From contig NC_089430.1 of NCBI RefSeq assembly GCF_026210795.1, positions 6,014,001 to 6,078,000 on the forward strand: DNA of 64,000 bases. Direction: 5' to 3'. Positions 26,329 through 38,858 of the stretch are shown here, in pieces (position 1 is the stretch's first letter; each line of letters starts with the position of its first letter). The notes beneath the pieces are model-generated. The model saw nothing but the letters and a program-made list of their open reading frames with translations. It made no database searches and was not told the DNA's origin. The stretch comes from Rhizophagus irregularis (taxonomy: Eukaryota). The position numbers and the translations under genes are program-made.

Positions 26329-27075
26329 ATGGCCAACCTTAATATTTTAAACGTCAACATAAATAACGTACTTTCCAACTGGCCGTTCGATGCCACCAGG
26401 GCATTAATTAGGTAAATTTGTATAACTGATAAATCTTACAATAAAAAAAAATGGAAAGTTAAAATGGTAACTTTATTTATACTAATTAGATACTGGCGCT
26501 TGTACCATAATGTTTTCAAGGATCGTTCGATCCGAGATCATTCAATAATATGGGCAAAAATAGCTAGGAGAATAAGCAACAATTATAACTTTATTGTCAC
26601 CCAAAATCAATGCCGCAATAAATGGAGGGCATTGAAGAGAGGTGAATCTTTTACCATTTGTAATTAATTTGTGAATATTAGTAAATACTTTATTAATATA
26701 TTTAATTAATAATAGGTTTCGAAAATTTGACTAGGATTAATAATGGTTTGTATATTTGAGGTTAACGTTAAATTTCTTAACCAATTCACATAAAACCAAT
26801 TTTATTTATTTTAGGGAATCCTGATGGTCACCCGATCCACTCTCCCAACAATTACGATATTCGCTTTTTTAATGAATTAAGCGATGAATTCTGGCTGCAA
26901 ACTAGTAATTGATTCGATTTTAATTATGATACTTTGTATATATTACTGATTCATTAAATTTATATTTACATTTTTTTCTTTTTATTTTAGACAGGTTACG
27001 CAGGGCGTACCTGCAGCAGAGAGTAGATCGATGGACCTATAGGTATAGGGAACGATGTCGGCGTCATTCCTGAAG
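26329..27075 (+). CDS. Small multi-exon Myb/SANT-like (trihelix-type) DNA-binding protein inside CACTA element E
   Basis: Spliced frame NWPFDATRALIR..WAKIARRISNNYNFIVTQNQCRNKWRALKRGFENL; tryptophan spacing typical of Myb/SANT-like domains. Confidence 0.7.
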
Positions 27076-27079
27076 CCGT

Positions 27080-27110
<31 letters not shown>

Positions 27111-27507
27111 GCAGTAGCAGCGATCGGAGGAGGAGAAGAAGAAATAGAAGAAGAAGAAATAGAAGAAGAAGAAATAGGAATTAAGGTAAATACTAATTAA
27201 TCATGAATTTATAATTAGATGGATATATATCACTAATGCGTAAAACTATAATCTTATTCCATGAATTTTGTGAAAAATAGACCCTCCCTTCCTTTTGTTT
27301 TCCCTTCCCTTCCTTTCCCCTTCCCCTTCCCCTTCACTTTCGTTTCCCCTTTACCTTTCGTTCTCCCCTTTCCCTTCCCCTTCCCTTTCGTTTTCCCCTT
27401 TACCTTTCGTTCTCCCCTTCCCCTTCCCCTTCCCTTCCCTTTCGTTTTCCCCTTCCCCTTCCCTTACCTTTCGTTTCCCCTTTCCCTTCCCCTTTTTCTT
27501 CCCTCCT
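27075..27507. repeat. (AGC)n and (AGA)n microsatellites plus a ~225-bp (CCCTTC)n polypyrimidine tract
   Basis: Directly visible; explains the spurious Pro/Phe-rich ORFs. Confidence 0.9.
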
Positions 27508-29074
27508 GAAATCGTCATTTTTAATCTTTTATTTTAGTTTATTATTTTTATTATATTTTTTATTATAATAATAAACAATATTCTTATATCAAATTTTCTT
27601 ATTTTTTAATATAATATTGTTAATTGGTTTTTGATTTTTGAACTTATAAAAAACAACTGATAAATATAAAAGCTATGCGGGTAAACAAAAATGATAATTC
27701 TTAATCTTCATTATTATGCCATCTAGAATCTATATAATTAAAACATTTAGTCTGTATAAATAAATTATAATTGCGACCATCGCCCGTGATCTATTATAAG
27801 CTTATTAATCAATTAATACCCGATGCAAAGCAGCGGCTAAATTTATTCATATTGGATATTGGATGTATATCACGTATGATTATTCAATCAGATTATTTTG
27901 AAATATAAATTTATCAACGTAATTTTATTTATGTCACGTCGATGTTGTTTAAGATAATAAAAAAATTAATTCTGTAATATTTAAAAATATTAAAAATGAT
28001 ATAAAATTATATACATAAATAAAAAAAATTCTCAATAATCATTAATAAGTTCGTCCAATAAATAATTACATCAATAATATTATAAATCAACTTAATTCTC
28101 CAATAACAGATAATCATCATTGTTATTGATATATTAACCAATTAGGATCATTATGATTACATGCATGTGATATCTAAAAATAGATAAAATCGTGTGATTG
28201 TTTTTTTGTTTATTTTCAATTCTTTTCTTATTAAAACTTACAAAAATGTACCATTCAAAAGAAAAGAATAAAAGAAAGGAAATAATATGCCCACCTACCC
28301 ACATACAAAAAAGAGAAAAGCTGATTTAAAATAAATAGTGAAGCTGTTAAGCAAGGTATGAAAATAGGATATACACGTATTTTTCATATCTTTCTTTACA
28401 ATATGTTGTGGTTTGAGTCCTTCTTTGTGGTATAAATGTGAATATATTTTTCAACGGCCATGTATCTATTGCTTGTTAAATATATTTGCAATTTCTTGTC
28501 TTTCTTTGTTAGACTGTGGTATTACAATATGAAGTGTGAATATATTTTTCAACGGCCATGTATCTATTGCTTGTTAAATATATTTGCAATTTCTTTTGTA
28601 ATATTTGCTTTAGCCTGGAGGAAAATGTTATGAAATAGGGCTGGATATTTTATGACATTTTCTGCCTTCCAATTACTTTGTCCGGGGTAGCCTGACAATT
28701 TGTCGTTGTCCGTCAGTTGTAGCAACCAGCATTTTTTTACAATATTATGATTTTAAGAAACAAAACTTTTTCAAAAATTTAATAAAGAAAGAACTAACTT
28801 AAAAATATTATTTTATTATTCTTTACAAAATGCTGGCGCTGGAGTTATTTTTTCTCTCACTTATCAAATCCCAACATGTCCAAAGACTAATCATGTAGTA
28901 CGCTGTGGTCTGGAACACCCGAGGTTTTTGACTACCTAGGGATGAAGTTGTAGGGTACTCCTGCCCGATAGGCTAGCCTCCTCTGACTTAGGGTCTCATT
29001 AATCGGGAGAAGAGGTGGTTCCTAAGTACCTTCCACATCAAGAGCGGACATTTTTTGATACTGTACATCAAGGC

Positions 29075-29318
29075 TAAGGTTGCTTGTCTAAACCTCTTCA
29101 AAATCCTACAATTAGTTTTGTCAAAATTTTACTATAGATTTATTATAGTTTAGGCAGAGTTTCGGCAGTTTCGGCATTTATAATAAGTTTCGGCAGTTTC
29201 ACCTTTCTCTAAAGTTTCGCCAGTTTTTTAATATAACTTTAATATAGTTTCGGCAGAATTTCGCTTTTCGGCGAAACACCATCTTGCCTAAACCCCTAGG
29301 TTTCGGCAAGCAACCTTA
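29075..29318 (+). mobile_element. hAT-type MITE, 244 bp, copy 3
   Basis: Same TIRs; 8-bp TSD ATCAAGGC. Confidence 0.9.
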
Positions 29319-30462
29319 ATCAAGGCGGTAATCCTATATCTGCGAATTCAAGAAAAAAAAATCTAAATCAAAAGAATTTGGAACCAACACATGTCAAGGT
29401 AATTTAAGCATTCTTTTTAAAAAAATTTAATCAAAGATTAATTTGGTTTATATACAGTAAACCCAAGGAAAAAGAAGATATAATGTATTTTCAGAAGAAT
29501 ATGATAGTAACGCATATCAAGGTAACTTAAATATTTATTTTTTATTTTATTAAAAAAATATAATAACAAGATCTATTTTCTCTTTAAATAGCAAACTTCG
29601 AAAAAAAGAGGTGGAATAAAACTGGAATAAATATAAAGGTATATTTTTTACTAATTTTTATTTATATTATTAATATTTTTTTTAACACTCTTTCTTTTTT
29701 CTAATCTAACGTTTGTTTCTACTAATACTACTAAACATACTAACATTTTCTATCCATTTTATTTTTCTTTTTTTTTATTAACATTTTCTAATACCATTCC
29801 TTTTCTTTAACAATTTCGTTTAACATTATTCATACTAATATCTTTATTACTAAAATACTTTACTATTTCTATTTCTTTCTTTTAAATATTAAACAGATAA
29901 AAATATGCAGCAAATAAGTGAACACATTATTTTACACATAATTCTAATTTTTTATACAGCTAGAATAATTTTTATGATTTTTTGTAATTTTATTTATTTG
30001 TAATTAATTAACAATTAAATAAATAAATTAATATTATAATTGAATTTAAATTATAAATTTATTAGCATTCATATTATTGCATTAAATAAATATTATTTTT
30101 GATATGCGTTCAATAATAAAATCAGTAAATTATAGCTATTAGCCTATTAAGCCTATTAGGTATACTTCGGACATGTATATCGGCACTATCTGATAAATGT
30201 ACGATATCTATCCGATATTTTACTATAATATATCGGGTATCTGATAAATCTATGATATGTGATTGATATTTGACTACCCGATATGTATAAGATATGTACA
30301 TGATGTTTACAATATATGTCACCGATTTTCTACATTTTTACTATACTTATCAGGCACCCGATATATGTAGTATTGTTAAATATCATACACATATATCACA
30401 TATATTGCACACATATCGGGTACCCGATATGTACCCGATAACCTTGATTTTGACCAGTGTAG

Positions 30463-31770
30463 GTCTAGGATCAGCTCCTTTAGTATTCTGGACCTACAAA
30501 AAATAAGAACGAACGTTAACTAACGTTTGTTAAATAACATTAATAAAAAAAAGACTTTTGAAGGAAATACCTTCAAAATGGAGTCCAGCAGCGTCCTAAC
30601 TTACAAAAAATAAAAGAAAAACGAATATTAGTATAACGTCCGTTAAAAAATAAAAAAAATCATTTCAAAATTTTACCTTCGAAATGGAATCCGGTGACAT
30701 CTTAGATCTACAAAAAATCAAAACAAATATTAGTTAATGTTCGTTAAATAAAAATAAAATAAAGTTTTTCAAAGTTTTACCTTCAAAATGCCGTCTGGGA
30801 AGCCATGAACTTACAAAAAGAGAAAATCGAAACGTTAGTCAACATTTCGTTTAAATAAAAAACAAAGAAATAAATTAATAAGCCAAAGTTACCTTCAAAA
30901 TGCGCATCTTCGGTATTCCAGAATAACAAAAAATAAGAACGAACGGGATCTGGAATCTATAAATAAAAGAAAATAGAAGGTTAGTACATATCTACACGCC
31001 TTCTATTTAAATTAAAGTTTTTTTATAACTTACCAGTTATAAATGGTATCCAAAATCTATAAAAAATATTATATTGGTATTTCTTATACACGTATGTGTA
31101 ATTCCTGACCATCTACAAAAGAAAAAATGAAATGTTAGTAGCCATTTCATTAAAAGAAATTAAATAAATTAAGGAAAAAAAATATATTACGTTTACCGTA
31201 TCAAAATCTGCACCTAAAAAGAGCCATTCTTCTCTTTATTGCTAGAAAGCTAAAAAAAAGGAAGAAAACGAACTGTTAGTAAAGTTCGGCAAGTTAAAGA
31301 CCATTAAAAAACATTTTTACTTACCGAGATCCCAAGTCTAAACTCCAAGAAGACCAAAAAAACTGCCTAAAAAAAAGAAAAAAAGAACTGTTAGTAACAG
31401 TTCATTTTAAAAGTAAAAATTAAGGAAAAAAAATTATTACTGAAATCAAAAATATGAAAGAACCGTTCGCTATCAGGACCTAAAGGAGGGAAAAAGTCAT
31501 AAATTAGTATAAATACAAAACAAAAGAAAAATATACAATACACGAAAAATAAACTTACCGATTCTTTAAAATTTTACCCGAAATCTAAAATAAAAAAAAA
31601 ACGTAAGCTTTTAAAATTGAAACAAAAAAGCAAAAGGAAAAAACTCTTTGACTTACCTATTCTTGTAAATTGCCGGTAAGGTTGAAACTACTCTAGAATT
31701 CCGATTCTAAAATAAAATGAAAAATTAACTTTTTTTAAAAAAGCTTATTTCAACCTGTTTGGAACTTATC
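30463..31770 (-). repeat. Micro-exon/intron-like array of element D, upstream half
   Basis: About 12 units on the minus strand with GTAAGT/GTAAAA/GTAATA donors, ACTAAC branch points and YAG acceptors. Confidence 0.75.
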
Positions 31771-32513
31771 CAGGACTCTGAAATTAAAGTTTATAGTCTT
31801 GAAAATAGTTCAAAAATATACTTAGGGCTCTAAAATCCAAGTCTTCAGAGCCAGTTTAAAAAAACGCTAAAGAAGCATTTTTTAAAGGAGTCTCAATTGC
31901 CCGCTTTAAAAATGAAAATAAAAGGTGATGATAACCTTTATTTGGTTAGAGGGCATTCATAACCATAATTTTATTATTGTTGGAACTGAAACTGCAGGAC
32001 ATATATTAGAGATGATTTATAATGTCCCAAACATTAATATTTCCAAAATTCGTTTCGAAATTCAACTTCGAAACTTTACCATAAAGAAGAAGAAAAAAAA
32101 AAATTCCAAAACTTACTTTATTTAAGCTATTAATAAAGTCTAAATTCGGCTAGTAGAAAATAGACAGGATCAGTGATCTCCCAAAAATATATCGTTAACT
32201 AAACTTTAAAATAAGAATTTTTCTTAAAATCATGTGATGCTTAATTTCGACAAAGTATTTTTTTAAACGTGAAAACATAAATAATGGGGATTTATCAGGT
32301 GATCTTATAAAAACTCAGAATTTACCTGATTATTATTCTTTGTAGGTATCAGGTACTGTAAGTTAAATACCATATGATATATAAACAATAATCAATTATA
32401 TGATAATAACCTGATATAACTTATCAAGTTTCAGGCAAATATCGATTCCTAATTTATCCTGATACTTGTTCTGAAACTTGATAACCTGAAATTTCTTTAT
32501 TCGACTAGTGTCC

Positions 32514-33203
32514 AGATAGCGAATTAAAACATGGGGAGCAAGATTGCAAAAACATTGGAAAGAATTAGATCTAGGTGTTGAGCCATTTGAAGCTAATGAT
32601 CTAGATGGATGCCTAACACTTTTCCATGATCTTGAACTAAATGATCCAGAGGCAGTTCGCCTACCAACATTAAAAGAGTTAGAGAAATATAAAAAGATAT
32701 CAGAGCCTAAAGCTGGCCCTAAACTTAGAACACAAGCTCATAGGAATGATAAATCTAAGAATTTGATTAATAAAGAATTTGAGTGCTTAGGAGAAATTAC
32801 TGATGAACAAGAAAGAGACCTAGAATTTAGGGAGCAAGAAGAATTAGGCACGGCACTCAAAAGAAGAGCTATAGCAGTACATCGTGCAAAAGTTCACCAA
32901 TCTTATCCTAATAATAGAAGTGATATATGAAAATTTTTAGAAAGCTGAAGAAAGCAATTCAGAGAATTACTTGAGAAAGAATTTGATAAGCGTAGGCAAT
33001 TTAAGTTTGCTTTATGCTTACTAGCTAAATTTCTCCTAGATGATAAGCCTGGAAATGAAAACAAAAAAAGTTTGAGAAGTGATTGGTTATGAAATAAACA
33101 AATTATAGTTTACAATTGAGCTGAAATTGATGATTATTTAAGTGATGCTTTCAAACAAATAATATATCTGGTAGAAGAAAGAGGAGGTAAGTCTAATGCT
33201 TAA
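32514..33203 (+). pseudogene. Substrate ORF resembling Polinton/adintovirus-associated proteins (similar to the region N-terminal of pPolB)
   Basis: ..RELLEKEFDKRRQFKFALCLLAKF..NKQIIVYN*AEIDDYLSDAFKQI..EERGG; several stops; tail-to-tail with the integrase. Confidence 0.45.
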
Positions 33204-33510
33204 GTATCCATTGAGGAGGTAATTGTGCATCCTTTACAATTTGGAGTTCTTCTTTTACAAATGAGCATCTAGGAATATTGTAAAGCTTATAGAGAATAGG
33301 TTGATTTTCTTTTATCAAATAAGAATCAATTGTAAAAACTTCGGGAGACCAATTGCAATCGGTTGTCCTTCTTCTACCACCTTCTAATTCACTGGGTTCT
33401 AATAGATGCCGAACTTCAGTATAGCTAAGTAAAAGTGGTTTATTATAACCAACTGGTCTCCTATGTTCAACAGAAGGTCTAGCTATTATTTTTTTACCTT
33501 TTAATGCCTT
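33193..33510 (-). pseudogene. Polinton/Maverick-type integrase, C-terminal piece
   Basis: KALKGKKIIARPSVEHRRPVG..VRHLLEPSELEGGRRRTTDCNWSPEVF..PRCSFVKEELQIV..*; joins in frame to 45182 (KAVK|KALKG). Confidence 0.8.
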
Positions 33511-33597
33511 CCCAGTAAAAAGTCATTGTATAAAAATCGTGCAGTTTTTGTTTTATTTTTGTAATAATTATCTAGTTTTTGTTTAGTATTTATATAA

Positions 33598-34002
33598 TAA
33601 AATTGCTATGAATCGCCGGAGGCGATCATCGCCGGCATCACGTGATTTTTAATAATGTATAATTTGTCACCCCGCATCACACCCTCCTTGTTTCCGTTTT
33701 TACTATGTATTCTAGGTACTTAAAATTTTTTTAGTATGAAAAATCCTATTTGTCACCCTTATTTGTCACATCCTATAATTTCAGCTAAATTTTATAATTC
33801 CGGCCAAAATTGCCTTTTTGGAAACTTGAGTAATGTTACACAATCCAAAAAAAGGCAATTTTGTTTCTCATAAAAATCGAGAAAATGGGTTACACAAGAT
33901 TCCAACAAAGGCAATTTCTATGTAGATCATTTAATTCCGGCCAAAATTAAAAAATCACGTGACGCTGGCGATGATCGCCGCTGGCGATAAATAGCAAACT
34001 CC
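33598..34002. mobile_element. Mutator-like MITE, ~405 bp
   Basis: ~55-bp TIR (TTGCTAT..ATCGCC..GGCGATCATCGCC..TCACGTGATTTTTAAT); 9-bp TSD TTTATATAA. Confidence 0.75.
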
Positions 34003-34698
34003 TTTATATAATTGAATAAAATCGCATTTTTTCATAAAATTTAATCATATGATTATTGTAGGCTTTTTGTAACATTATTAATATTCTGACATTTAATATT
34101 AAATTAAATTTTATTTCGTAAACTTAAATGTGTGATTATTGTAGATTTTTTATAAAGTTATTAAATTCTAAATAGAAATTGTACAATTATTTTAATATGG
34201 ATTTTTGAAATTTGTTTGAAATTTGTACTATTTATTTAATTCATGCAATTACTAATTACTTTCACCATTTGAAATTTTGAATCTATATCACTCTCACATC
34301 AACAAATTGCTCAACTAGCGTATTTTTGCAATATCTTTGTTATATGGTGAAAATTAATTAATGGAATATCATATTCTATATGTAAAAAATACACAAATTT
34401 AAAAATTAGAAAAATATGCTAAAATATTATATCAATATATATATATATAGTTTAAGAATCATAAACTTCGTATGTAGCCACGCTCAATTAAGGCAATGTA
34501 TTAATAGACCTACACTAAAGATGACTTTAGCAAGGCTTTCTTTGAGAATTAAAGAAATTTCATATAATTTGCCAGCTGGTGGGATAGCTTATAACCTCTA
34601 ACCTCAAGTCTGTTTATACTAATAAACCAGAATATTTGCATACTAATAAAAAGTATAGTTAAGGTACTTCAAAGAATGCCTAAAAAGAAAAAAACAAA

Positions 34699-37587
34699 CA
34701 CTCGTCGAACGATGTCAAATCGGGAATCAATCAGGTGACCGAATTCCACCTGATTGGTCCCTATTTTTTTAAAAAATTTTATCAATCGGTAAACCCGATT
34801 GCTGTCAAAAGATGGCGCAAAAGGAGGATACTCGGGTACCAATCAGGATATTCAATAGAGTATAATCGGGTATTAATAGTTACCAATAGGATATTTACTG
34901 GATATTTACTATTTGACATATCAGTATACCGATTGATAACTTTTTGATAAATTTATAACAATAAGAAATCTGCCGATTGCATACATTTTTATTTAAATTT
35001 ATTTGATATTTTACAATAATTACATTTAATAATTTAAATTTATTAATTATTAAAAATACAAAATCAGAAATACTACTAATACTGAAATTTTATCTGGAAT
35101 CCGGTATACAGGTTGGAGCAAATTCCCTACAAAAGAAATAAAAAAACATTAAAAAAAGTTTTTTAAAAAAAGTTTCAAAAGTTAAAACTTACTTATGGGA
35201 TTCCGGTATATACATCTATCAGAGCCAATTCCCTATAATAGAATAATAAAAAAACGTTTATTACCGTTTTTTTAATAGTTTCAAAAAAAAATTTCTGAAA
35301 CTTATTACTTATGGGATTCTATGGGATTCGTTATACCAATTCCCTATAATAGAACATTTAAAAAAAAAACGTTAAAAACGTTTTTTTAATAGTTTCGAAA
35401 AAATATTTTTCGAAACTTACCTATGGGATTCGTTATACCGATTCCCTATAAAAGAATTAAAAAAAAACGTTAACGTTTTTTTAATAGTTTTGAAAAAATA
35501 TTTTTCGAAACTTACCCATGGGATTCGTTATACCGATTCCCTATAAAAGAATTAAAAAAAAACATTAACGTTTTTTTAATAGTTTCAAAAAAATATTTTT
35601 CGAAACTTATCTATGGGATTCGTTATACTGATTCCCTATAAAAGAATTAAAAAAAAATGTTAACGTTTTTTTAATAGTTTCGAAAAAATATTTTTCAAAA
35701 CTTACCTATGGGATTCGTTATACCGATTCCCTATAATAGAATTAAAAAAAAACGTTAGTTAACATTTTTTTAAAAGTTTCGAAAAATATTTTCGAACTTA
35801 TCTATAGGATTCATTATAACCGATTCCCTATAATAGAATAATAAAAAAGTATTAGTTAACATTTTTTTAAAAGTTTCGAAAAATAATTTTTGAAACTTAT
35901 CTATGGAATTCGTTATAACCGATTCCCTATAATAGAATAATAAAAAAACGTTAGTTAACATTTTTTTAATAGTTTTGAAAAATAATTTTTCGAAACTTAC
36001 CTATGGGATTCGTTATACCGATTCCCTATAATAGAATTAAAAAAAAACGTTAGTTAACGTTTTTTTAAAAGTTTCAAAAAATATTTTTCGAAACTTATCT
36101 ATGGGATTCGTTATAACCAATTCCCTATAATAGAATAATAAAAAAACGTTAGTTAACGTTTTTTTAATAGTTTCGAAAAATAATTTTCGAAACTTACCTA
36201 TGGGATTCGTTATAACCGATTCCCTATAATAGTGTATTAGAAAAAAAACGTTAAAAACATTTTTTAATAGTTTTGAAAAATTATTTTTCGAAACTTACCT
36301 ATGGGATTCGTTCCTATAATTGAATATTAAAAAAATGTTTTAAAAAAACGTTAAAACATTTTTTAATAGTTTCAAAAAATTATTTTTCAAAACTAATCTA
36401 TAGGATTCGTTATAACCAATTCCCTATAATTGTATATTAAAAAAAAAAGTTTCAAAATTTTTTTTCGAAACTCACCTATGGGATTCGTTATAACCAATTC
36501 CCTATAATTGAATATTAAAAAAAAACGTTTTAAAAAAATGTTAAAACATTTTTTAATAGATTCAAAAAATTATTTTTCGAAACTAACCTATAGGATTCGT
36601 TGTAACCGATTCCTTATATTTGAATAATAAAAAAAAACGTTAAAAACGTTTTTTAATAGTTTCGAAAAATTATTTTTCGAAACTAATCTATAGGATTCGT
36701 TATAACCGATTCCCTATAATTGTATATTAAAAAAAAGAGTTTCGAAAAATTATTTTTCAAAACTCACCTATGAAATTCGTTGTAACTGATTCCCTATAAT
36801 AGTGTATTAGAAAAAAAACGTTAAAAACGTTTTTTAATAGTTTTGAAAAATTATTTTTCGAAACTAACCTATGGGATTCGTCCCTATAATTGAATATTAA
36901 AAAAAAACGTTTTAAAAAAATGTTAAAACGTTTTTTAATAGTTTCAAAAAATTATTTTTCGAAACTCACCTATGGGATTCGTTATAACCGATTCCCTATA
37001 ATTAAATATTAAAAAAAAAGTGAGTTTCAAAAAATTATTTTTCAAAACTCACTTATGGGATTCATTATAACCGATTCCCTACAATAAAATGTTAAAAAAA
37101 TGTTAAAAATCGTTTATTAATATCTTCAAATAAATGGTTTTTTCAGTTTAATAAAGTTTTGAAAGTAAATGTTTGAAACTTTTGTGGGATTCCGGTATCC
37201 AAATCGGAACCAATTTCCTAAAAAAAAAAATTTTTTTAAAAGTTTCAAAAGTAAATGTTTGAAAAAAATGTTAAAGATAGTATGAAATAGTTTAAACTTT
37301 TTTTTAAGTTTTAAAAGTAAATGTTCGAAAAAAATGTTAGTGTAAATTTCAATAGTATAAAATAGTTTAATTTTAGTTAAAGAAAAATAGTTTATCAATA
37401 GTCTAATTGAAACAATAGAAATCAATCAGTAAATTTAAACTGAACAATAGTTATCAATCGGGTATTAACCTGATTGATACCCGATTGAAGTGTACACCAA
37501 TTTCTAACTATTGAATAAATCAGGTGACCGATCAAAAAAAAAGTTACCAATCGGGTAGGTACCCGATTGGTCAGCGTTTTACCTGTG
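34699..37587. mobile_element. Non-autonomous CACTA-like element F
   Basis: AAA|CACTCGTCGAACG ... CGTTTTACCTGTG|AAA; CCCGATTG/CAATCGGG subterminal repeats at both ends. Confidence 0.65.
35085..37225 (-). repeat. Homogeneous tandem array (~22 units of 80-110 bp), each a 25-26-nt exon-like segment plus an intron-like spacer
   Basis: Minus strand: ACTAACG..TTCTATTATAG|GGAATCGG(T)TATAACGAATCCCATAG|GTAAGTTTCGAAAAATATTTTTCGAAAC. Confidence 0.9.
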
Positions 37588-38138
37588 AAATAAATGAACA
37601 TTAGAAAACATTCATCAAAATTAAAAAAAAAGATAAATAAATACAGATGATTCCAGAAAAATTACAGCTGAATATAAGGGATATGATCAATATACTAACC
37701 AAATTTTATGTGTCATCTAGATCCATCTAAAGGAAACCTTTGGCATTTTAGGCAATTACAAGAGACTTTTAATCCTTTATTTGTTACTTCTATTTTTTCT
37801 TTTTTTTGACAATTTTTTGTAATCATTTTTTTTTAGTTTGTTATTTTGATAATTAAAATTTTGATAATATTTTTAATGATTATAAATGATATGATTTAGT
37901 TTAAATAATAAAAATTCTAAGCACTGTATAGAAATAATAATGTCACCATAAATAGTCTAATTATGAAAGAAATAAGGCAAATGATGCAATATTAGCTAGG
38001 AAATTATGTAATGTTTCAAAACAATCAACGTTTGTTAAAATTTCCAGCTGTGCCACATTCTTTAATGATAAGAAAATCAACAATGGGCTATATATTAATA
38101 ATAGGATAGGCGTAAATACTGCGCCACCAAAATTGATA

Positions 38139-38858
38139 TGGTGCATATCACCTAAACTCATCAATAGTCCGAATTTTTATTTTATGATGATCATTACTAA
38201 ATTAGGATTTATTACTTCTAAATAAGGCAATAGTCTAACTTTATTTAGTAATTAAAATTTTGATCACAATTTATTATAACAAATAAATCAATATAATTGG
38301 TTATAATCAATATCACATGATAGAATAATTCCGAAATTTTCTCATTTATATATAAGTTAATATAGAGATATATAAAAATATGCTAACTTTTTTTTTTTTT
38401 TGCAAGGTAGTGCAATTTGTGAGTTTATTAATTATATATAAGAATACAAAAGCATCTGTTATATAACTAATTTATTAAAACTCCAAACCAGTTCCCCATC
38501 CATAAGATTGCTCCTGTGCCCTACCATCACCTTATAAAATTCACCTATATCCTTCTATAGTTACTATTGAATTATATAGGATCACCATATTATAAGATTT
38601 CAGTATATGCTTCCACTACCCTCTAAACAAAGAAAAAAAAAAGGGTTATGTTATATTTATATATAAAATATGCTAACTTTAAACTTTAATAACTTTTGAA
38701 ATATGTTAGATAAAGGAAAAGTAATCCGATAATTTGAAAGAGAAGAACTCAAAGTGTAATTTTATCGGTTTACATTTTTAATTATCATATAATTTTAACA
38801 AGTAGTTAGCTTTTTAAAATCACTAATTTTATTTGATGAGTTTAGGTGATATGCACCA
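38139..38858. mobile_element. Tc1/mariner-type non-autonomous element, 720 bp
   Basis: TA|TGGTGCATATCACCTAAACTCATCAA...TTGATGAGTTTAGGTGATATGCACCA|TA. Confidence 0.8.

Larger units (their letters stand above)
18206..30459. mobile_element. Complete CACTA-like element E (12.25 kb) with transposase, partner gene and Myb/SANT-like gene
   Basis: TAG|CACTGGTCAAAAT..TATCGGGTACATATCGGGTAC ... GTACCCGATATGTACCCGATA..ATTTTGACCAGTG|TAG; ~40-bp imperfect TIR and 3-bp TSD. Confidence 0.92.
16525..32510. mobile_element. CACTA element D (16 kb including nested inserts), non-autonomous
   Basis: TCC|CACTAGTTAAATGAAG ... CTTTATTCGACTAGTG|TCC; 3-bp TSD; removal restores a reading frame. Confidence 0.85.

Noticed and set aside
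27261..27537. Pro/Phe/Ser-rich ORFs
   Set aside because: Translation of a (CCCTTC)n tract.
28250..29060. Possible additional retroelement inside CACTA E
   Set aside because: No TSD, tail or recognisable domain found; only a decayed frame and the structured island are reported.
35085..37225. CRISPR-like array of conserved ~26-nt repeats
   Set aside because: The intervening sequences are themselves repeats, not unique spacers; no cas genes; eukaryotic context.
34675..37770. Small ORF (MPKKKKT...) split by element F
   Set aside because: The rejoined frame has stops and no recognisable motif.
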